From the NCBI GenBank assembly GCA_030704615.1, contig CM060731.1, positions 92,132,001-92,196,000 on the forward strand: DNA of 64,000 bases, read 5' to 3'. A program made the translations under genes and the position numbers. Shown here one piece after another: positions 13,015 to 24,599 of the stretch. Source of the DNA: Takakia lepidozioides. Its lineage: Eukaryota; Plantae; Bryophyta. Each line of letters opens with the position of its first letter. Position 1 is the first letter of the stretch. Below the pieces are notes generated by a model. That model searched no databases, was not told the DNA's origin, and saw nothing but the letters and a program-made list of their open reading frames with translations.

Positions 13015-16000
13015 ATGACGAGGCGTCGTTTGTTGGAGAACACAGGGCCAAGGCAGCAGGTGAACCGGAGACTGATTCACAAGAGCAGACGGACTGAGGC
13101 AGCGGCTGCGACACAGTCGGCGATAAGAGTGCGCCAGCCTGTGGAGGCAGAGAGATGAATCGCAGGGACACTGAAGAAGGTGGAAGCACGCGGAACGCCG
13201 AACCTGAAGAAGGTCAAGAAAAACCCTTGCGCAGACAGAAACTCCAGCAGATGTGAGAGGGAAGAGGAAAGCTGCAGAAGGGGATCAAATTTCAAAACCT
13301 AAGAAGGTGCCAGTAAGTTTTATCATATAGTCTGTGTGATTGCCTTTCAAGGAGTCCTTCCTCTTCCATTCTTTAGCAGGAACTACTGAATCGCGAGCGT
13401 CGTTAACGCCATTCGATTCTGCTCATGAGATTTATGTACCTATGTGTTTGAAGAGAGAGTCTGCACTTACTATTCTCCCTAAACTACACTGAATGTCGTT
13501 GCCGCCAATCAGTTGCACATATATGTCATTACACAACACCGATCCGGCAGGTGTTATCTTTTGTGATTGTCGTTAACGCCGTTCGCTATCGCTCTCGCTT
13601 TTGTTTTGAATACGGCAGTCTCGGCTTTGCATGTGTAGATTGTGCTGAATTCTTTCACACCATTCATGGTGAGTTTCCTTGATACAGAGTGATGTCGTTA
13701 CCGCCATTCACTATTTGCAAATCACTTAGTCAGAACTGAATGGCATCGTGCAGAAAACTGTGAGGTCGAAGCCTACAGGATCAGAGGGGAAAGGATCTGG
13801 AGATGGGGACGAGTCCGCAAAAAGCTCAGAGAATACAGATGAAGCAGATGAATCCGAAGTGCACTACCTTGACAAGGTGAAAGAACTCATGTCATTCCAG
13901 AAGGTAAACTCTCAGGAGGTTATAAGGGACATGCTCGTATCTGGAGGGCGTCTGGACATACCTCTGTGCCGGATGATATCAATGCCTGTTGTGCGTCCAC
14001 CTCTTTCCCATGACATAACAAAATTGGAGAGTGATTTTGTGCATGGATATAGACTTGGTGCACAAGTTTTTTATGTGTCACTGACGGATATAAATGGGAA
14101 AAGCACATTAGTTTCTCCAGAGATCAGTGATAACTGGGATGAGTGCTGGAAAGATGCCAATGAGGAGTTCGAGCTGGGCCTCATGATGGGAAAGAACACC
14201 CAGCAATTTGCAACCACATGTTCTACGTCTGGGACGGCAACCACCGATTGCTGGCATGGATGGGATACATTCAGAAACACCATTCGAAAGACAAAGACAA
14301 GCATGTTGCTGTGGAGGCAATGGTTTTGGATCCAGGAAACGACATCGCTAGGCTTCTTACAGCTATGCACGACGTGAACAAGTAAGTCATCCAGGAGATT
14401 TGATTCCCTCTGTAGTGTCTTGTTGATCCTCAAAAAACAGTGTTAAGGAATGCAATGTTTTCAATGTTTTTGCAGATCGACAGAGAAATCGCATGTGACA
14501 ACAAGCTTGGTTCACACACTATTCCGAATTCAGAGGATTGGTCTGATGAAGCTGGATGATTTTCGGACAGTACTACCACCCAATATCATCAAGAAGTGCG
14601 AAACAGGAAGAGCTGCAGGCACTTGGTATTCTTTGACACGAGAGGCGTTTCTGGAGTACATGTATGCGGTAAGCCCGAGTCTGTAATCTGTTTACTTTTC
14701 GAATACATGTTTAGAGTCCCTTCGGAGCTAATCACTACTTGAATGAATGCAGCAAGAACTGGCAGAGGCAGCTGAGAAGGGAAAATCCGAATATTACCGC
14801 ACTACACCAGAGGAACTAAGGACATCAAAGGGTGTGGAAGCTGCAATAAAGAAGGAGTTTGAGATGCGAAGAACCAAATTGATGTCAGCCTTCGGAAAGC
14901 AGCTTAGAATAGTAGATCCTGGACTTGGTCCTGAGTTCCTTCAGCAGATCAAAACACACTATGACAAGCATGTGCATCCGGAGATGCAGCAGGAGAAATT
15001 GCACCGGCTGGCCATATCGATGGTCGACCCACAAACAAAAATAAGGTGGCTGGAGATATGGAACTCAGATCAAACAGTAAAGGACTTGAATCAGTTCCCA
15101 AAGAGCACCATACAGCCTGGCACAAAGGTGGAAGGAATCAGTGATTTGGTGTTTGATAACTGGCTCCACAAGGCTACATTTTGGAGTCAGGTGTGTATTC
15201 GAACATGCTGTTTCTTCTCTTCAAGTATGTGATGTGTTTCTTTTTTGCAATTCTGACAAATATTTGCAGCTCGAAAAGCGCGCCGTCATTGTGCTGGATC
15301 AGACTTTGAAGGACCTGAACATTGCGATTGTTTCCCCTCCCCAAATGTCATTGGAGGCATACATAAGGAAGTGGAGAGGTCTCACCTGGAGATACTGTTT
15401 TTTCCGGGAGTTCTCCAAAGATGGTAACATTTTACGGTCCAACGACTTTGACAGTCAGGTTGGAGGAGAGTGGGCCATGATGCGAGTTGTGTACAGGTGA
15501 AATGTCATACTTGAAACTCTACTGTTTTTTTGGGAAAAATGTGGCTTCATATGGATTGCATCTTAGATCCAGATTGAATGTCGTTGACGACATTCACTTC
15601 TTTGTCTGAGTCATTCTTAAGCGAGTATATGAATTCACCTGGTTAGGATCTAAGGGTGCAATTATATTGTCCCTGATTAGAATTGATAATGTCCTTGAAT
15701 GGCGTTGACGACATTCACATACGGAGTTGTTGTGGTCCTCAAGGTTATTTAAATTTTTGTAATGTCCATAGAGGTTACAATGAGGGTTGATCACTTCATT
15801 TTGCTGAATGTCAATGCAGACATTCAGTTGTTCTGCATTGTTTTTCCTCTTGCGATGAATATGGAGGCTTGATAAGCTCTGTTTTAAGAAATCCAAAGTG
15901 AATGTCGTTGACGACATTCACAGCTGTGTCTGTATTATTAAAAACGACAAATTCAATTTCATGGATTGGGGAGCTAAGTAATTGGTTTTTTTTGTATTTT

Positions 16001-18293
16001 TGTGAATGGCGTTGACGCCATTCACATACAGTGATGTTGTGAGGTCCTCAGTGATAGGTTCGTTATGAATGTGCATTGAGTTTTCCTGGATGGTTCCTTA
16101 CTCAATTTTTTTATTTCCATCCTGTGATTTTGCTTCATTTCAGTAATAATTTGGCTTCATTCTTGAATGTCGTTGACGACATTCACTTCTATGTCTGTGT
16201 CATTTCTAATCGATATTTGCATTCACCTGGATTAGGATGTATTTACAGTGTCATGGAATGGAATGTTCTGAATGGCGTTGACGACATTCATATCTGGAGC
16301 AGTAGTGTGGTCCTGAAAGGTCCTTGGAGCAGTTGTCAGAGCCATTTCAATCCATGTTTTATTCTTTCTGTTCTACTTGCATCTTACTCACTGAGCGCTT
16401 TTGTGGGTTGGGATTCATCTCCTTTTTTCAGGTACACGAAATATGTGCTTATGGAAGGAAATCACTGAGCGGAATTCCCGACTATCTTGACATGTGGTCG
16501 GACCCTGCAAACGATCCAACCATGTATACTGCAGGGATATTGAAGGACTGGAGTCCTTCTCACTTCAGAGACTGTGGGTGGTACCTTGACTGCCCACCTG
16601 AGCACACGACCTTTCAAGAAACAGCATATGAAATACTTGACAATAACGCTGAGATGCTGGCGCCTTTGACTGACGAAGAGTATCAACGAAACATAGCAAC
16701 CTTGGCTGCCAAGGAGCCTGATGCTCAGGGAACGCCGCAGAAGGGAAAGAAGGCGGGCCGCAAACCAAAAGACAAGGCTGTTGATGTCATAGCCATCTCA
16801 CCAGCAAAGCCAAAGGACAAAGACAAGTCCAAAGAGAAGGAAAAGGACAAGGGGAAGGAGAATGAAAAGGAGATGGAGAGTGGGCAGGACTTTAGTGCTG
16901 GAAGATATACCCGCTCTTCAGTGCGTGTTCGATGCCAAGCCACACCCTTCCCGTTCTGATTCAGCAGGAGAGATGAAAATTGTTAATGAGGGTTGGCTTT
17001 CGATGATGCAGAGTCGAAAGAGAGGATACACTGGGGTGCCATCCCCTACCTGGGACAATATAATCTCATTCCTCAATCTGGTGAGAATTCCAGTTTCTTT
17101 CCTTTTCTCTGAATGTTTCGTTGGCAGTATTTCAGTCTCGTTCTTTGAAAACATTCTTGCCATCGTTCTTATAAAAAACATGTCTGTTGCAGGTGAGCAC
17201 AGGTCCCACCTTCGTGTGCGGTGTGCAGAAAACTTATGCGGCCGACATTGTCATTCTCGACATCCCGGATGGCCAGGCTGTGCCAGAAGTTCTTCCAAAG
17301 GGCAAGACGCCAGGTGGAACAAATTCGAGGACAACTACTGGAGTTGGGTATTCGGGTTCTGTAACAATTTCCTCTCTGATGCAGGGACACTTCTGCTTTT
17401 TCAGTCATGTGACAATGATAGTCGTCGGGCATTGGCATCATACCTCAAGTCTTCAGGGTTTGAAGTTTTGCGCACATGGAATTGTGTGAACAGCCTCTAC
17501 CTTGTGAAAGGGGGTTTCCCTGGTCAGCTGGTATGCCGTCTGCCTTCTGCTTATGCTTTGATCATGAGTTTCAATTTTCTCTGCAGCTCCACTCTAGTAG
17601 AATGTTTTATGATCGACACCGATCATCAACGATTCATGGTTTTTGGTGTCAGAGTTCTGAATAGCCGATGTACACACTTCCACTTTAGATTGTGTTTACC
17701 ACACTAACCTGCTATCTTTGGCAGACGAGGATGTTCGAGGCGATCTGCCTGCGGAGGATTCGCACATCAAAGACACCATCCTCCATCCGCAGCTTTGAGA
17801 TTTCTGACCAGGGTTGTTTCGTCAACCCCCCCTATGAGCCCCATGTCGATGACATTTTGTACAACTTCATGCAGTCCAGTCAGACTCTGAAGAGACCAGA
17901 TGGCACTCCCTGGAGAGGTGCAAAGGAAAAGTCACCAGCATTCATGCAAATACTGCTGGAGTCATGCACCGCTCTGCACGGGTGGTCGATCTTTCTGTGT
18001 CCACAGGTTCGTTTTCTCCCTTCCGAATTGGTTTCCTTTCAACAGTTTCATCTGCTTAAATCCCCTCCTCCAAACTGTTATGTTCTCCTGTCTGGTGCAG
18101 GAGCAACTTACCACGCATGCAAGGCAGGCGGAAGAAGCCTTTTTGGTATGGAGGGTGATTCTGACCTCTACAACACAGTGCTCCTCCCCCTTTTGTCTGG
18201 CTCCACTTCAGGCACACAGACTGATCGGATTCAATTCGAAATGATGACGATCCCGAAGATAAGCAGGTCGACAACGACTTTTCATGTGAGTAA
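13015..18293 (+). CDS. MULE second gene: ParB/Srx-like domain + beta-class N6A/N4C DNA methyltransferase-like domain (9 exons)
   Basis: Predicted exons 13015-13312, 13754-14381, 14476-14668, 14753-15190, 15270-15496, 16432-17080, 17193-17530, 17725-18006, 18101-18293 (all introns GT-AG). ParB-like FYVWDGNHRLLAW. MTase motif IV-like ADIVILDIPDG precedes EKSPAFMQILLE and motif I-like VVDLSVST|GATYHACKAGGRSLFGMEGD (read using both copies). Confidence 0.72.
13394..13710. repeat. Four degenerate copies of the 22-bp palindrome in intron 1 of the ParB-MTase gene
   Basis: CGAGCGTCGTTAACGCCATTCG (13394), TGAATGTCGTTGCCGCCAATCA (13490), TGATTGTCGTTAACGCCGTTCG (13564), GTGATGTCGTTACCGCCATTCA (13689). 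Confidence 0.75.
15575..16290. repeat. Array of seven interspaced 22-bp palindromes, consensus TGAATG(T/G)CGTTGACG(A/C)CATTCA, in intron 5
   Basis: Starts at 15575, 15696, 15805, 15899, 16003, 16164, 16269; spacers 99, 87, 72, 82, 139, 83 bp. Confidence 0.92.
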
Positions 18294-18785
18294 GTGCTAA
18301 ACCCTCTTTGGGAGTCATACTCAATTTCTCGATAACATCAAAGTTACAGTAATAACTTTTTCAGGCTGTCTTTCAGGAAAGCCAGCGGTGGATCTTCAGG
18401 AGATACAGTCATTTCTGGCGAGTCTGTTTTCGACAGCCCCCTTTCCAATTTTCTGCTCCCTGTTTATGCCGAAGCAATGGCACTTCACGCGTCCGAGTCC
18501 CTATCCCCTGACTTTTTAGTGGCCAGCCGTAGGTGTATCCAGCGTGGATCCGGTGTTCTAAAATACTTAGACTTAGATGCAGAGGAAGAGGGGATACATT
18601 GTACTGACTCTGAGTCAGACTGAACTGTATTCTTTTAATATTCATTTTCATATTATCTGGAAAACGTTGAATCCCCTTACTCTACCGTAGTTGTTCCTTT
18701 AGAACAAATAATAATCACAGAATCAACTTTCGTTTAAATTGCTATATGTATGAATCCATCTCACAAACCTTCCTGACTCTTCTCA

Positions 18786-19105
18786 TATCCATTGTGCATT
18801 CATCTACACTGTATTCATGCGTGCTCCATTCATGAAAGCTTCCTTGTACAACATCCATTGTACATTCATCCTCTGTACTCTTTAATCCACCCCACAAACC
18901 TTCCACACTCATTTCATATACTTTGTGCATTCGTCAAAAGATTTGGTCATGCATCTTCCTGTCATGAATTTTTGTCATTGCTCAACATCCATTATACATT
19001 CATCCATTTTACTCTTATCCATCCGTCATTCATCCATCTACATAGATTTTTCAAACTCATCCATCTGTTTATCATCCAACTGTACATTCATCCATCATTT
19101 ATTCA
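18786..19105. repeat. CATTCATCC / CATCCAT-rich low-complexity repeats near the MULE right end
   Basis: Many cattcatcc / catccatt units; also present in copy 2 (~38262-38582). Confidence 0.55.
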
Positions 19106-19522
19106 ATGCCTTTTATTATGTCGTCCAGCTTGTTTCCGCGGTAAAGGGTGCCAATCCGCGGGAATACACTCCACTTCTTTCTGGGTGCGTGGTGACTCGG
19201 CCTCCACGTGTGATGACGTGGACTGAGCCCCGTGACGTGGCATTTGCGCAAGGTGACGTGGCGTGAGCGCAGTCGCGCTCACGCGCTCACGTGACCAGGC
19301 TCACGCCGAGGCATCCCTGCCTTTAGGCTTGATAAGAGGAGTAAAGATACAGATCCAAAAGATGATTTTTTAGATCACAGTGACTGTGTTGAAAATGGAT
19401 GATGTTATGGAAGCCTATTCCTTATTACTGGGTCGACCATGGCTGAAATAGGCCAGGGTATTCCATGACTGGAATTCCCAGTTACTGACTGTACATGATG
19501 GGAAGTACAAGATACAAGTGAG

Positions 19523-21410
19523 GTTTACTATTTCATGAGTAGAAAACCATGAGCCATGCCATGAGCCGCATGAGCCGCATGATGAGCGGTGAGCCGAAGT
19601 CTAAGACACGCGATTTCATGAGCGGACTCCTCCAAATTTGGAAATGCGGCAGATTAAACAAGTATTAAAATAATAGTTTTTTATTTGACCTTGCCGTTTT
19701 TGGAAGTTCCAGATCCTGTAATGCGGCGAAGATATGTCGTCAGTAACAACTCCGCTCATGGTTTTTTACATCCGCTCATGGAAATGAGTGACCGTGCAAC
19801 GAGAAATCCAGTATACCACGGCAAAAGGACGTCGCATACTGGCCTGTATAGAGTATTCCGCGGTTTTACATGCCTTAACATTGGAATGAAGCTGACCCTT
19901 TTGCCGCGATTGAACAATAGAGTCTGCACAATTATGTCATCTTTGAGTATTCGGCGGGAAGACTCAACTGGGAAATGCGGTGCCGCATTAGGGTTCGCAC
20001 GTGCGAAATTTTTGGGCAGTTTGATGTTGGTGAATGCCGCATCTACCAGTACCTACGACGTTACTTGGAAATGCGGGCGCCGCATTTCCTTGCCGGGGGT
20101 CGAATGAGGAAAGCAAAGTTTGGGAGAGCAGAAAAACAGGAACCCTCCAACACACAAAAATACATGCACGTGGAAACACGAGTGAATGACATAGTATTAT
20201 CTTAGTTCGAGCAAAACAGGTTACTGGTAGGCAAGACATAAGTCGGACCTTTCTGTGGCCAAAGTCAGAGCTACTTGCAGCAGTACAGTTCTACTATCCG
20301 AAAAGGATGGGCGTACCATAGTGTTGGGACCGCAAGCCAAGGTCACTGGTCCCCTGGATCCATATTCAGAAGAGTGTGCACCTCTTGGGGGCTCAACCCT
20401 GGTGCATGTATGAAGTGATGAGTTGTGGAATTACACCGGAGTCTCTTTAGGTACACGTAGTACAGATGCTTGCAAGGGCAGTATGATGCCCCTTGTTCGC
20501 CATGATCTGGAAGTCGGTGCAATTGCAGGTGGGTAATTCTGAAATGGTGATGGTGTACACCTCATTGCGAACAGCTGAGCCTGCCGTGGCAATCTAGCGG
20601 GTATGGTAAGCGTTGTCTGCAGCAAAGAATTGCTCGTCGGAGGGATGCATATCGCTGACGTCCATGTCGCCGTCCTATAGGAACTCCATGTCGTTGTCGC
20701 CTTCATTTGTTGTTTCCTAGTAGTAGCAGAGCGAGGTGTGGAGAGTGAGCGAGCACTGGACCTCTTACTGCGGGTTTCTATACTAGTTTTAGAGTGGGGC
20801 TGTTTCTGGATGCTACTAGTACGCTTCTGGATGCCACCAACCTTTGAGCTAGACATGTGGAAATGGAAGTCTGCAGGGGGGAGCAATGGGGGTGAGGTAG
20901 TTTGGCAGACAACTATACTAACAAGAGTCGGGAGGGTCCAGTGAGTAGCGAGCGGGTGGCATGAGTGTGTGTGCAGCAGAGGAGGGTGTGAGCGGCGGCG
21001 GGAGTTTGGGAGGCAGCATACGCTGGCAGCAATCTGCATGTAGGGGCGATATTAGAGCGAAGGCTTTGCAGGCATTTGTAGCAGTAGAGTGTGTGATTAG
21101 AGGCCGTTGCGCATTGATGTTTAAGCGGCGGCTATGAAGCGTCTGGATAAGGGGAGTGCTATGAGGGATGGGCTCAGAATTTTGTGTGGCCTCGTCGTAA
21201 TGAGGCTGGTCAGACGATGGGGCCCGCCGTCTCATTAATATAGGAGCAAACTACCTTCATGCGTCAAGGACTTAGAATTTTTTGGGCATATGAAATTTAC
21301 AACTACCTCCATGCAGGTAGTTTTAGGATTTTCTACATGAAGTAGTTGCAAAACCAAGCTGAACTACCTGCATGAGAGTAGCTACACACTACCTCCATGG
21401 AGGTAGTTGT
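19523..21410. mobile_element. Unclassified, probably non-autonomous DNA element with repetitive ends
   Basis: CATGAGC repeats at 19535-19625 and AACTACC..CATG..GGTAGTT palindromes at 21249-21408; no TIR or TSD resolved. Confidence 0.3.
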
Positions 21411-22196
21411 AGTCAGCGCCTACCACGTGAACCACGTTCAGGGAATGGAACCCAAGACCTGCACCGCCGCATCGCTATCGACCTACCACCAGACCACAAC
21501 CTCCACCGTGCCAACAAGCTGTAGTTCTTTTGATATACTAGGGTTCGCGTTGCTCCGCACTACTAGCGACGAATTCTGAGAACTACGTTCAATTTTTCAC
21601 AAAAAAGGGGTGGGTCATCCCCACTGTGTTATATGCAGAGATCCCGTGTTTTGTTTTTTTCTGGAAGAAGAAAGTGGCGGATCTGCATTTCAATGTTCAA
21701 TTTTCACAAGCCGCATCAATCAATATCAACATACCCAAATACCCTTCCATTCACTATATGACTTTCAAGCATCCACCGTGGGATTGGATCTTAGTGGGTT
21801 AACGCTAGCTTTTAACAATATTCATGTAAGTTCATCAAGGGCTCCATCCAAAGCCACACCATGAGAAACAACAAACATGTCCAAATTTATGATGCCTGAA
21901 CAAAACTTGTGCATAGGGCTGCCCTCTCATCAAGCTCATTAAAATTTGTATTCACTTCCATCTTCAAGCTTTGGAGAAACTCCACCACCCAAACCCAGAA
22001 TTAGGACAACACTCTGATTTCCATCCACTGTCACTAGAATCAGTCAAAAATCAACCCTTCAGTCAAGTGCAATTGTGGGCTGACTTCCTACCTATGCCGG
22101 GTAGACCCCACTATCAGGAAATGGTGGATGGTCTGAGTAGCTACACAGATCAATGAATGAAGCAAGACACTAGCATCTTTACAAGAAAACATCCTT

Positions 22197-23895
22197 TCAC
22201 CAGTAATCACACAAGAACAAATCCCATCTTCAAAGTGGTGGAAAGTAGTTAGCGTCCCATACAACAATTGCTCGGCCAACAATCTTTGAGTTGAATTTGG
22301 TGGAGGTGTGGCAGTCTCCACACACTTGAAGATTCTTGATGAGTTGTGCTGATCAGCCCAAAACCAATCGCCAACTTCTCACTGTGGTGGCTAAGAGAAA
22401 ATTCCTTTCCTCCACATCATGCAATAAAAAGCGTATGTCAGGCACATACCCGCCTCCTTCATCTGCCCAGACAATCTTCTCAACTCAGCATGGATTTCCT
22501 TAATTCTGGGATGCAACTTGTCATCTAGCTCCTTTCTAACCCCTCTGACCTTCATCATTCTCTCACCTTTGCAGTATCATCCCACCTGCCAAGCTGCAGC
22601 ATGGATGTTTGATATAGCACCACATAAGTCGTGGCATCCTGTTCATCCCACTTGAGGATAGATGTTGCCACACATTCAGCCATCTCCACATTGCCATGGA
22701 TTCTGCAAGCATCAAGCAAGGCCTTCCACACCACAACATCTAGATTGATTGGCATTTTATTAATCAGGTCCACTGCCTCATCCAGTTGTCCCGCACGTCC
22801 AAGAAGGTCACCATGCAGCCAAAGTGCTTTACTGTCAGATTGATACCATGATCTTCACTCAGGGAATCGAAGTAGCATCTTCCTTCATTCAGTAGGTCAG
22901 TGTGGCTGCAGGCAGCGAGAACACATATAAAGGTGATATTGTCCAGCTTCAAGCCTTTCTTTTGCATTCCTTCAAATAGTTGCAGGACCTCCCTATGACA
23001 ACCATGCTGGGCATATCTGTGATCATCGCATTCCACGACACCACATTTCATTCAGCCATATTGTCAAATACTCCCTTTGCATCCTCATTGCACTATTTTG
23101 CATACAAGTGAACCAGGGCAGTGTCCAAAATGACATTTGCAATTTCAGCTTTGATGATGTCACCATGAACCTCTTTGCCCTTTCCAGGGCTGCCAGGCTT
23201 GCACACGCATTGCAAACGCACACAAACGTGACGTGGTCGGGCTTCACCCCTTCCCCCAGGCCTCCATCCCGCACCCCTGCTATGCATATCCTACAAGCAT
23301 GGCGTTCCATGACACCAAATCTCGTTCAGCCATATTGTTGAACACTCCCTCCACATCCTCGATGCTCCCACATTTGGCCATACATGTCTACGAGGGTATT
23401 GTTCAGAATCACATTTGGTACAATTCCAGCTTTGGCGATGCAACCATGCACCTCTTTGCCCTTTCTAGGCTGCCAGGCTTGCACATGCATTGCAAACACA
23501 AACAAATCTGATGTGGTTGGGCTTCACCCCTTTGCACAGAATCTGCTCATAGGTCTCAAAAGCATTCCTACCACACCCATGCTTGGTAAATCCTGCCAAC
23601 ATTACTCTTTGGATCACCTGTAATTTCAGCCATGTTGTCAAATACTCTCTTTGCAACCTTCATGCTCCCGCATTTCGCATACATGTCAACAAGGCTATTG
23701 TTCAAAATCAGATTTGGTACAACTCCAGCTTTCATATGTCAGCATGGATCTCTTTGCCGTTTTCCAGGGCTGCCAATCTCGCACAAGCCTTGAGAATGTA
23801 AACAAATGTGACCTGATTGGGCATCACCCCTTGCTGTATCAGTTGATCATATGTCTCGAAGGCATTCCTACCACAACCATGCTTGGTATATCCGG
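22197..23895 (-). pseudogene. PLS-class PPR protein with E and DYW domains (RNA-editing factor), multiply frameshifted
   Basis: GVKPDHVTFVCVCNACASL, ITFICVLAACSH, VVWKALLDACRIHGN, HSEKLAIGFGLIS, FHHFEDGICSC...DYW-stop at 22197. Confidence 0.88.
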
Positions 23896-24599
23896 GGGCT
23901 GCTATTTCATGAGCGGCAGGAGCATGAGCAGGAAAAAAAAAAGCATTAGCGGGCCATTGTGTGTCCACGGAAATAGGGTTAGGAGGCACGGAAATAGGGT
24001 CATGTGGACTCGTCATAGCAATGAAATGCAACATTTTATTGCAAATGAGCAGGGAAAGGTGTTTACTCATACATTTCATTTATGGCACTCTACAACTGCT
24101 GGTCAATGTCCTGTATGCTTGAATCCAGGTAGCGTAGTGCAAGGCCACGCAAATCGCGCTGCCAATGTTCCTTGCCTTCACAGCCAACATTGATGACTCC
24201 ATTTGGGTGCATCTCCACCTTGTGGCGCTTTAGCCCTACAGCCACCCTTCCCTCTCCCTCCCCTTCCCACTTCTTCATGGCATGTCGTCGTTCCCGCCTC
24301 AAGTCTCATGAGTACAAATTATTGTTTTTATGACTGCAAATATCACTACATTTGCAGTGATAAGTGCGATTATGACTATATCACTCTGCAGTGACAAACA
24401 CGGGTCTCTCCATGACACGCGTGACCCCCCAGATGTATATGACTACACGACTGTACCTTATGACTACACTTATGAATATATCACTACTCGCTACATCAGT
24501 GAGGGTAGCATGTGGCATATTTCATGACTACAAATACGACTCCATCACTATAGGTTTGTACTGGTTCTAGTAGGTCATCTAACACATGTCCTTATTCGC

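Larger units (their letters stand above)
8023..19319. mobile_element. Mutator-like DNA transposon (MULE), copy 1, ~11.3 kb, two divergent genes
   Basis: 9-bp TSD CCTTTAGGC at 8014-8022 and 19320-19328; imperfect TIRs (left CAACGACGCAATGGCGTGAGCGTTGCACGTGAGCGCG, right reverse complement CAGGGATGCCTCGGCGTGAGCCTGGTCACGTGAGCGCG); same ends as copy 2; MULE-type transposase. Confidence 0.95.
4619..19522 (+). mobile_element. Degenerate Ty3/Gypsy element B (putative 5' LTR 4619-5816, gag, aspartic protease), interrupted by MULE copy 1
   Basis: TGTTAG...CCAACA followed by TGGT; decayed zinc knuckle CYYCNQAGQCKAAC (~7230); protease VLIDGGSGVNIM (~7890). The frame ...VQPLG resumes after the MULE as PLGLIRGVKIQ...LLLGRPWLK (19320-19450). 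Confidence 0.8.

Noticed and set aside
15575-16290. CRISPR array
   Set aside because: Palindromic repeats with spacers look CRISPR-like, but the spacers are long, uneven and related to each other, the array lies in a spliceosomal intron, and no cas gene is present.
17824-17835. NPPY as the catalytic methyltransferase motif
   Set aside because: It lies in the putative TRD region; the structural position of motif IV (after a hydrophobic strand) is occupied by DIPD. Not fully excluded without a structure.
18792-19226. His/Ile-rich ORF as a third MULE gene
   Set aside because: Translation of low-complexity CATCC/CATT repeats.
24310-24573. CACTA transposon end (TGACTAC repeats, ...TTCTAGTAG)
   Set aside because: The terminus is not a clean TAGTG and no partner end or TSD was found.
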